A stretch of DNA of 46,081 nt from Clostridia bacterium (GTDB lineage: Bacteria > Bacillota > Clostridia > Oscillospirales > CAG-382), in NCBI GenBank assembly GCA_017531625.1, contig JAFXKQ010000078.1:1-46081 (forward strand), read 5' to 3'. This document shows positions 28,095-37,200 of the stretch, in pieces (within the stretch, counting starts at the first letter, position 1; every line of letters begins with the position of its first letter). The position numbers and the translations under genes are program-made. The notes beneath the pieces were generated by a model. It was not told the origin of the DNA, ran no database searches, and saw only the letters and a list, made by a program, of their open reading frames with translations.

Positions 28095-28661
28095 TCAAAT
28101 TTTCCCATAGACATGAATGGCAACAGGTCTCCAATTATCCTGAGATTCAATACAATAACGGTACTTTTCGTTTATATGATTGCAATATTCGGAAAAATTC
28201 ATTGCAATTTCATACGAATTAAAAAGCCATTTTTCGTTAATATTCTCCCTATACATAGAGTACATTTCAAATGACATGTCTGTATAAAAATCCGGTAATC
28301 TATTATATTGCATTAAGAATCCGTCGCCAATAGGGGAAAAGTACATGCTGTCAGCGCAAATATCATAGCCGACCATCGTGAAATTCGGGATTTCAACTCG
28401 TCTGTCGTCAGTAAAACATATGAGGTCTCCACCCCATTTCTCTCTTTTTAGGTCTTGGTATAGTTCGACAATGTTTTTTCTGTTTTTTTCATTATAAACC
28501 AAATTTTGACCATTCACGGAGATTTCAAAAAAACTATTTATAAGGTTGTAAAGTCTATTGTTGTTTTTCATATAATCAACGATAAAATTCCCCCTATACA
28601 GCCCTAAATATCCATTGACCTCCTCGTTTATAGGCTCGCAGTATAATCCAATCTTAATCAT
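28095..28661 (-). CDS. hypothetical protein (188 aa), no family recognised; AT-rich gene
   Basis: An uninterrupted 188-codon ORF in visibly AT-rich DNA, where random ORFs should be short. Asn/Tyr/Ile/Lys-rich, with no TM or signal peptide. RBS is weak (GGAGAG at about 12 nt). Confidence 0.65.
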   Translation of the reverse strand: MIKIGLYCEPINEEVNGYLGLYRGNFIVDYMKNNNRLYNLINSFFEISVNGQNLVYNEKNRKNIVELYQDLKREKWGGDLICFTDDRRVEIPNFTMVGYDICADSMYFSPIGDGFLMQYNRLPDFYTDMSFEMYSMYRENINEKWLFNSYEIAMNFSEYCNHINEKYRYCIESQDNWRPVAIHVYGKI

Positions 28662-28842
28662 CGTGTCACATCACTCTCCAAAAAGTTTTCTGATATACTC
28701 CACCGTTTTTTATTTAAGGCTACGTGTATCTGCCTATCTCCAATTAATTGCAGAGTACCAACAGCGGTTTTTAACGCTCATTAACGCAAAACTTTTACCG
28801 CCAAACTTAACCTTTCTATCCCAACGCACCACTCTGCAATCT

Positions 28843-30333
28843 TTACCTTGCCGAGCGTCCCGTTTCACGGCAAAGAGAGAGGATTCTATCCCTCACGCTC
28901 TTTCTGTTGTAGTTCTTTTTCATTCTCCATTGCCAGTTACCGTCAGGCACAGAGGGAACGTTCATTCTCGCCTCGTGGTTTTCCAACCGCAGATAATCCT
29001 GCATGGGCACCATGGCGAGGTTTGCTACGCTGTTCATAGCAAAAGCGATGAGAGCGTAGGTACCCGATTGCCCTTTTTTGCGTGGGCACTCTTTTCTGAA
29101 ACGCTTTTTCGTTTCCCCGGACAAAGCCTTAAACCAGCTCTCCGTGCAGTCCGCATCGTGCGAAGCGGTGTAAACAACGCAGTTTTCCGTGGTGTAGGTT
29201 CGGGGCAGGAATTCGCTGTCCTCGTCAAAGAACGCGAACTGAAGATTCTTCATTCCGGGAAAACCCGTTTCTTTGAGCAACTCCCGCACGTCCTCGGTTA
29301 TGAACCCCAAGTCCTCAGCGATGATCTTAGCCTTGGGAAACGCCTCTCGAATCGAAGCGAAAAGTTCGCTCCCAAGGGCGGGCAACCACTCTCCCCTGCG
29401 TGCCGTATCATCTCCGAAAGGCACGGCGTAGAAAGAGGCAAAGCCTCTGAAGTGGTCAATCCTCAGAATGTCAAACAGCTCAAAGGCACGGCCCACTCTG
29501 GCTTTCCACCACTTGAAGTTGTCGGAGCTCATTCTTTCCCAGTTGTAAATGGGATTCCCCCAAAGCTGACCGTCGGGCGAAAACCCGTCGGGCGGGCATC
29601 CGGCAACGAGAACGGGCGAAAAGGCGCTGTCAAGCAAAAACTGTTCGGGAGCGCACCAAACGTCAGCACTGTCGTGAGCGACGTAGATAGGCATGTCCCC
29701 GATTACAGAAACGCCCTTTGAGTGGGCGTACTCCAAAACCTTGCCCCACTGTGACGAAAAGGCAAACTGCACCCATTTCCAAAAATCGCAGTCCACAGCA
29801 AATTCTTCGGCGTGCTCACGTGCGAAACCCACGTCGCTGAAATCACCCCATTCGTACCACGGTCTGTAAGCGTTTTTTTCCTTGAGCGCCATAAAAAGAG
29901 CGTAATCCTCAAGCCAATCAGCATTTTTCTTGCAGAAAGCGCTGAATGCACGGCTGGGAACGAAACGGGCGTGTGCCTTTCTCAAAACCTTAAATCTGGT
30001 TTGGAACAAAAAGCCGTAGTCCACCCTCTCACCAAGAAAAACCGCTTCTTCAAGCTCTGCTGCGCTTAACAATCCTTCTTTGTGAAGCAGTTCAAGACTG
30101 ATAAAGTAAGGGTTTCCCGCCAAAGAAGCGGGCGATTGGTAAGGACTGTCGCCGTATGATGTGGGATTCAGCGGTAAAACCTGCCAACACCTCTGCCCCG
30201 TCTCAGCTAAAAAGTCAATAAAATCAAACGCTTCAGCCCCAAAGGAACCGATTCCGAATCGTGACGGCAGACTGCTGACGTGGAGCAGAATCCCGCACTT
30301 GTGTTTAAAACCGAAATTGTCATTAACTCTCAT
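28843..30333 (-). CDS. malQ: 4-alpha-glucanotransferase (amylomaltase, GH77)
   Basis: GILLHVSSLPSRFGIGSFG, WQVLPLNPTSYGDSPYQS, LRIDHFRGF and YTASHD are typical GH77 MalQ motifs. Confidence 0.92.
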   Translation of the reverse strand: MRVNDNFGFKHKCGILLHVSSLPSRFGIGSFGAEAFDFIDFLAETGQRCWQVLPLNPTSYGDSPYQSPASLAGNPYFISLELLHKEGLLSAAELEEAVFLGERVDYGFLFQTRFKVLRKAHARFVPSRAFSAFCKKNADWLEDYALFMALKEKNAYRPWYEWGDFSDVGFAREHAEEFAVDCDFWKWVQFAFSSQWGKVLEYAHSKGVSVIGDMPIYVAHDSADVWCAPEQFLLDSAFSPVLVAGCPPDGFSPDGQLWGNPIYNWERMSSDNFKWWKARVGRAFELFDILRIDHFRGFASFYAVPFGDDTARRGEWLPALGSELFASIREAFPKAKIIAEDLGFITEDVRELLKETGFPGMKNLQFAFFDEDSEFLPRTYTTENCVVYTASHDADCTESWFKALSGETKKRFRKECPRKKGQSGTYALIAFAMNSVANLAMVPMQDYLRLENHEARMNVPSVPDGNWQWRMKKNYNRKSVRDRILSLCRETGRSAR

Positions 30334-30404
30334 AAATTCTCACCCAAAACGAAATTTTCCGTATCAAAAAACGCAAATCCGTTTTTTACTCTTTGATTGA
30401 TTAA

Positions 30405-30436
30405 GGTAATAAACAAATAAAGACCGGCACGTCTTT
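30405..30436 (-). terminator. probable terminator after the small membrane protein gene
   Basis: AAAGAC-cggcac-GTCTTT hairpin (30419-30436), followed on the minus strand by a T-rich run (TTATTTGTTTATT). Confidence 0.45.
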
Positions 30437-30444
30437 GCACAAAA

Positions 30445-31020
30445 TCAAACAAAAATCTCACTTAAACACGAGAAGCAGAAAAAGAATGTCGGCAAACAAA
30501 CCGTTCCCGCAAGGACATCAATGACTAACCCCTTTGCAGACCAACGCTTTTTTCGTTCCCGACAATAAATCACAGCTAAAACCGCAAAGACAAAAAAGCA
30601 GAGCATCCCGCCAACAACGCTTAACGGGTAAGTGAAGGGGTACTTTTCCGTGTCGTTAAAAGCAACTATTGTCCCCCACAAAAGCACGCAGACCGCACCC
30701 AAAGCGGTAATCGCCGACAAGCTCAGGGAATAAATAAAAGTCTTGACGGTACAGTTTTGTTTAACATGCTTTGAAAAAACCAAGCAAAACAAAGCCGTGA
30801 GAATCAAAGAAACTCCAATCAGCACACAGCAAAACGGCCACCCGTTCATTAAACGGAAAACGACGAATCCGAATGTAGGGGAATCAGCCCCGCCGATTAT
30901 CCCGACGTTTGCGTTATCGGAAGAAATGCCAATCATTTTTACAAGCGGAACAATCAACCCCACGGCAAGAAAAACCACCCCTGCCGCCAAAGCAGAGAGA
31001 GAAAAGCTTTTTAGTTTCAT
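30445..31020 (-). CDS. small polytopic membrane protein (191 aa, about 5 TM), uncharacterised
   Basis: ATG with GAGAGGTG RBS. Hydrophobic segments run throughout and the protein is Cys-rich. Transcribed divergently from the giant gene. Confidence 0.7.
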   Translation of the reverse strand: MKLKSFSLSALAAGVVFLAVGLIVPLVKMIGISSDNANVGIIGGADSPTFGFVVFRLMNGWPFCCVLIGVSLILTALFCLVFSKHVKQNCTVKTFIYSLSLSAITALGAVCVLLWGTIVAFNDTEKYPFTYPLSVVGGMLCFFVFAVLAVIYCRERKKRWSAKGLVIDVLAGTVCLPTFFFCFSCLSEIFV

Positions 31021-31155
31021 TTCAACACCTCTCAGCCACAGTCTAACACATTTTATCTTCTAATACAAGTGGTAAACACAATCCGAAAATCGATTTGTTT
31101 TTTAACCTCGACTCCTCTGAAATTCGCAAAAAAAGCAATAAAGCTATTGTATGTA

Positions 31156-31185
31156 TTGATTTTTCCGCTTAATTTGTGCTATTAT
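31156..31185 (+). promoter_or_regulatory. sigma-A type promoter with extended -10 for the giant surface protein gene
   Basis: TTGATT (31156-31161), an 18-nt spacer ending in TGc, then TATTAT (31180-31185). Confidence 0.5.
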
Positions 31186-31240
31186 CTAAGCATAGATTAA
31201 CGAGGTCTTTTTCAAAAACTACAATAAAGGGGTTTAAATC

Positions 31241-34200
31241 ATGAAAACAACTCGTAAAACAGCTATTTTCAGTTTTTTGATGGTTGTGTGCATCCTTTTA
31301 AACATCTGCCCGACTCCGTCAAACATCATCAGTACTGCGGCGGCAGAAATTCCCACCGCACAATCTGCGGAATCGGGAGCAGGTAACAGAATCGTCTATT
31401 CTTCGGACAACGGCTTTGGATTTGGAGAATCTTCACCCTCGTTCAAGGAAAACGGCGGTTCTGGAGAAATCCGCATCAACCGTTCAGGGGAAGTTTCAAG
31501 CTCCAATACAGTTAAGCTGAAGGTCTATGACAACAGCGCAGAATACGGCAAGGACTACCTTTTGGAGTACGGCGGAAACGAAGTCGCCAAGAAGGAAGAT
31601 TCGGGTTCTATCTACAACGCCTTCCGTGAAAACGGAGTCCTTTCCAGCAATCTGCCCATTGATTCGGCAGAGCTGTTTGTTTCCTACAGTGAAAGCAGTA
31701 AAGAAGAAGGAAACGCTTCAGTAAACTCCTCGGAAATGCTGGCGCAAATGGAGGAGCTTAACGCTTTGGTTGCGGAGATTGAGGTAAGCTTTAAGGAAGG
31801 CACCGCAACGGAAACATTAACAGTCAAGCTGTTGAATGACAGCGAAAGCGAATACAACGAAAGCTTCATCCTCGTACTTGTGGGCAAGGACGGGAACATA
31901 ATAGAAAACTCACAAATTCTGTGCAGCATCGAAGATGATGAAGAAGCTCCCTCTGTGCACGTTGAATTCACAAGCGAAGCAGAGCTTGATGCCGATTCAG
32001 AATCGGGAATCGCAGAAATAGAGTTTATGCGTAGCGGTAACCTTGCTACGGGTACTTCTGCGCTTCTCCTTCAGGACGAAACCCCAATCGGCTACGTAGA
32101 TTTTTCGCCTTACCAAGAAAAGCAGGTGGTTTTGGCTCTGCCCGGCACCTACCGTCTTTTCTCACAGGGTGAATACACCGTAGGCGACAGCACGGTAACC
32201 GTTAAAGGCGAAGCAAAAAGCATAAAGCTTCCCGAGGGAGCCGACCCCGAGCTGGACTCCGTTCCGCCCGAGTACTCCGCACTGCCTTACACGGTTCAGG
32301 GCGCACCAAGTCCGGACAAATTTGCTGAATGGGCAAGAAACGGCGCAAGCGAAACCGACGAATACATAATAGTAATGGGAGATTCCAATAACCAGCTCTT
32401 TACGAAAGATCCCAGCTCCACCGACGGCTCGCTTAATTACTTGGGAGCGAGTAACATGTACCGCCTTGATACGGAGGGCGGTGCAAAGAAGGGTTATCTG
32501 TTTTCACGCACCGTCAAAAAGTACGACCTGTCGGGCATTGAATCCGTAGAGGGAACCGTTTATGTGGACGACCTTACAACCGGATGTTGCGACGTTATTT
32601 TCGGCGTTTGGAACACAGAGCACAAAAAGATTTACACGGACGACAACAAGAGCACCCAAAACCTTAAACAAGACGTAAAAGTGGGTTGGGGAGAGAAGTA
32701 CATTTACTACTGCAATTCGGATCTGGACGGAGTTTGGAACTGCGGTTACAACGCATACACCCCCAACGGCTTCAAAATGAACAAGCGTAAATACGACATT
32801 TTCATTATGAACCCCGAAGCTCTGGACTATTGCGGGGTAACCGTTGCTCCCACCATCGTAACAGGAAGTAACAAAATGACCTATACCATGGGCAATAACA
32901 AGAACATCGCCATTGCCTACACCTGTTCCGACACCTACCCCGCCCGATTGACGGGCTTCAAGCTGTTCAACGGCAACACCATGAATTACAGCGGTTTTAT
33001 TTCGCTTTCGGGCAGTAACATCGTGTTTGACCAGAAGTTTTTGAAAGCTTACGATTCCGCCTGGGGCTACAATGTAACCGACGAGTCCAACAACACAAGA
33101 AGAACCATCTCCATTCTTCCCGTGTTTGAAAAAATCCCCGTTGACATGACAATAAAAGAATCCGCTTTGGGCTCTCTCACGCTGAAAAGCCCCGCAGAAA
33201 CACCCTGCAAAGGCGACACCCTTGTTTTTGAAGGTGTTTCCAAGGACACAGCGTTCCCGTTCACCGGCGTTTTCTATCAATGCCGACAGTCCGAGGGCGG
33301 AGAAGTACTTGCCCACGGCGTAGTTTTAAAGGTTGGTGACACAGTTACCTTCCCGCTCAACCAAAACTACAACCACTACACCTTCCAAGGCGTGTTCAAT
33401 TCCAGCGCAGACCGCCTGAGCGTAATGTACGCAGAGGAAAACCCCAACGGCAAACTCGAAGCTTCCGGAATAGTCCTCAGCGGAAGCGACTACCGCTTAA
33501 GCGACTATTACCCCTTAATGGCAGAACCGAACCAAGGCTACATTACCCTGTGGGAAAACAGTCAAAACTTTTATTTCGGAGACATCTATAACTACCAGCT
33601 TGACGGCAACTACCTGCACCACGATGTGGCGGTTAGATTTGTAAAGCCGGGTGATCTTTTAGACCCCTCCGATTCCAACAGCGTAATAGTACTTGAAACT
33701 GCTGACATCTCAGGCAGAATCACCCGCAAGGATTGGAATCTTTTTGACGACACCTGCACCGAGATTCCCTTGGGTAAAACCATGTATACCGTCACCACCT
33801 CCCACGGCAATTACTGTGGATATACGGACGAAAACGGTTACTACACCATAAAGGACTTCACCGCTGTAAAGGGCGGAACTTATTCCATGGCGGTAAACTA
33901 TCAGGAACGTGTTGGCTTTATGGATTTCGTGTTTGACGGCGAGGACGGAGATTACGACATTTCGCTTCCTCAGTTTGCAGTAGGAGGCTTCTACCCCGTA
34001 GAAGTCACAGCTACGGTAAGCGGCGTAGGTTACGGCAGTAACACCCTCAGCCTCACTTCTGCAGGCACGGTACAGATCGCCTCCAAGATTTATCTGCAAA
34101 CCAACGACTACAAAATAACCAAGGTAGAATACAGTTTTTGTTCTACTCTCAGCTCCAACTACGGCGACGAGCTGGCGTCAATGAGCGCAAAGTTTAACGA

Positions 34201-37200
34201 AAACGCCAATGTGGGCGACAATTACCAGCTGTGGACCCTCGACCTTTCGGAAACCACAGCCGTTCCCATAAACACAGCCATCTATGTAACCGTAACCGCA
34301 GAATACACCAACGATGCGGGCGCAACGGTAAAATCCACCATCGACCCGGTAAACAGCGGTTATAACGTAGTGGAAGCGCTTAACGAACAAACCGTTCCGA
34401 TACAGCAGGACATTCCCTACATTCCGGGCATTCAGGACACATCCTCAGGGCATGAGGTGAACGAAATCCCGATCATCGGCGCACTTCACATGAGCGTGAG
34501 TAGCAGAACGGGCGGTTACTTCATACAAACGGGCAGTTGGTCAAAGCCCGGCGACACTTATACCTTGGTGTGCGGACACTCCATACAACCTCATTATCTG
34601 TCGGGCACCTTAGAATCAAAGCATGAAGCGGCAAAGAAGACTTCTCAGACCTTAAAAGACGTTAGAAACAAAGAACCCCAAGGAAAGGCAAATCTCAAGC
34701 AGTTAGCCTCCGCCAACATGGAAATAGAACCCATTTTCATGTTAAAATTCACCATTGAAACAAGGGATGACGGCGAAGGCGGTACCGACCATCACTTGAT
34801 AGGCTTTGAGCTCGCTTTAGGTATAGATACCTACATTAATAAAAACATTCCCTTTAGCATTTACGGAGTACCTTGCTATTTTTGCATTTCTCTCCAAAGC
34901 GAAGCCTTTTTACAGCTCCAGACGACCTTCCCTGAGGGAGTACGGTTGGGCGATCCCATCGACAGAGTTGTTTCAGACATGATAAACGAAGGGATTGCGG
35001 ACATCGATGCCTTTGTTGCCGCCCCGATCCTCAATTTTGGTTTAAAGGGCGGCGTGGGCTACAACGGATGGCTTAGCGTGTTTGGAGAAGGTCACATTAA
35101 CGCCCCGTTTGTTCTCTGTTTCAGCCCCATAGGTGCGGCGGGAGCGCTTGAAGCTGAAATAGCAGTAGGCGCAGATTTGGCGCTGTTTACCGCAAAATTT
35201 GAGGCTGACATAGATATCGTTGAATACGGCGACAAGGCTCTGCTTGAAGACCTTAAAACAATCCAGGGCAACCAAAATCTCAGCACCTTCACGCTCAGCT
35301 CCGGAGAGAGCTATGACAACTTTGAGGATGCGGTAAACAACATGACCTTCTCGGTTATCCCCCGTCCGAAGTCAGACAACAGCATTCTCCACGCAGGCCC
35401 CATAAACCAAACCGTACTGGCTGAAGGCGTGTTCAAAAACACAAAGATTCAGTTGGTCAATCTGAAAAACGGCAACATCATGGCACTCTTCCTCACGGAT
35501 AACCGTGCCCCCGACGGCAGTTTGAACTACCTGAGCGCCGCATACAGCATAAGCAAAGACAACGGCAAGACCTGGAGCTCGGTGGAATGCATCAGCGAAA
35601 ACACAAACGCCGAAAACTCCTCCCTTCAGTTTGACATAAACGTTTTTGAGCTGGATGACCGCATTCTCGTTACCTGGTCCGAAGCGGATCTGGATTCCAT
35701 GATTCAAGACATGGACGTAAACAACCTAAGCGCCGCAGAAATTGCAAAACTCATAAGCGCTATGAACCTTTGCGGAAGATTCTTTGACAATGAAGGCTCT
35801 GCCATCAGCGATGCCTTCGTCATTGCGGAAAATTCCACCGTGTTCTGCGGTGCGTTGGATGCAGTACGTAACGACGACAAGGTTTATGTGTACTACCAGC
35901 GTAACGCCCTCGTAGCTGACGAGAATACTACCATCGAATCCCTTATAAGCAGCGAGAGAACCATTGCTTTGGCGTGCCTTGACATTAACGCTCCCGATGC
36001 CTCCCGTTCCGTTCCCGTGCGTGCCGTAACCGAGGAAGGCTCGCAGTACCGCATCGTAGAGGTGGTACCCTTTGTTCACAAAGGGGTTATGGGTGAGATC
36101 ATGGTCATCGACCGCAACGGTAAACTTCTCATTCCCGACTACGAAAGCGGAGAGATGGTTGCGGATGCGGAGGACAGACAGCTCTTCTTACGCACCTACT
36201 CCTTTGACGAAAACGGCGTTCCTTACGTCACCTCATTTATGCCCATAACCGATGATTACGATTGCAACCAAAGCCCTCAGGTGGTTACCAACGGGGAGGA
36301 CATGTACCTGTTCTGGAACCGCAACGGCGAAATCGTGTACACCTCTGATTTAGTGGCAAGGGAAACCGACAGCGAAGCTGTTCGCAATTCCGCCTTCGTC
36401 CTGATTGACAGTCAGGGTGATTACACCGTGGCTTCCCCCAAAGAAAACGGTTTCTCATCCATCGACGGTGACGAAAGCTTCCACGTGGGCAGTAAATTTA
36501 CCGTTTCCATGTCGGAGGAAGGCAAAGTGTTCATCTGCTGGGTAGGTACAGATTACGAGGACACTTCGATCATCCCCACAGACGAAATTTACGGCGTGAT
36601 GCTTGAAAAGCGTCTTGTTTCCGAGGTTATGAGCATGACCGAAAACGGAAGCAACACAGTCGAAAGCAAGAGCGCCGACAAAGATGCCCCCGACGGCGAA
36701 CACCAACTCTGGGCGGTAGGCTCTCCCGTAGCCTTGACCGACGAGGACCGTCCCATCGGCGCATTGGACAGCATTTGCTTCGAAAACGGCAAGGAAAGCA
36801 AATACCTCTTAGCCTACACCAGATTCAACAACCTACTCCGTAACGAAAGTACAAGTGCGGACATAATGGCTCTGCGCAGCGTTGACCGCCCCGAGCTTTC
36901 TGCTGAGATTGCGTTCCCGAAATACCCCACCCCCGACAGCGAAGAAACCGCCCTTGTCACCCTGCACAACAGCGGTTTCCACACCCTTAACGGCTTTACC
37001 ATGACCGTCAGCGGTGTAGGTAAGACCCAAACCGCCACAGTCGACAAGCCACTCCTCCCCGGCAGAACCGTGGAGATTGAGTTAAAACTTAAGGTGCCCG
37101 CTGATTTTGCTTCTGACGAAGCATTAAAGCTGTCCGTCAGCGGATTGGGCGAGCAATCGGTTTACAAAGCAGAAGCCGAAACAGAGGTGCTTTACGGTTC

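Noticed and set aside
28615-29721. 368-aa ORF on the plus strand
   Set aside because: It lies antisense to malQ, whose GH77 motifs are unambiguous. Its translation is Arg/Ser/Pro/Val-rich low-complexity sequence of the kind seen in shadow ORFs, and it has no RBS.
30445-31020. VGIIGGADSPT motif in the small membrane protein, resembling the IIGGADGPT motif of Na+-translocating decarboxylase beta subunits
   Set aside because: The match is a single short motif in a protein less than half the size of OadB/GcdB-type subunits. No other decarboxylase subunits are nearby, so it is insufficient for a functional call.
32504-33316. 270-aa ORF on the minus strand, plus several other 60-130-aa minus-strand ORFs, inside the giant gene
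   Set aside because: All lie antisense to a 6.5-kb uninterrupted reading frame with clear domain signatures. They are Gly/Val/Ala-rich shadow translations.
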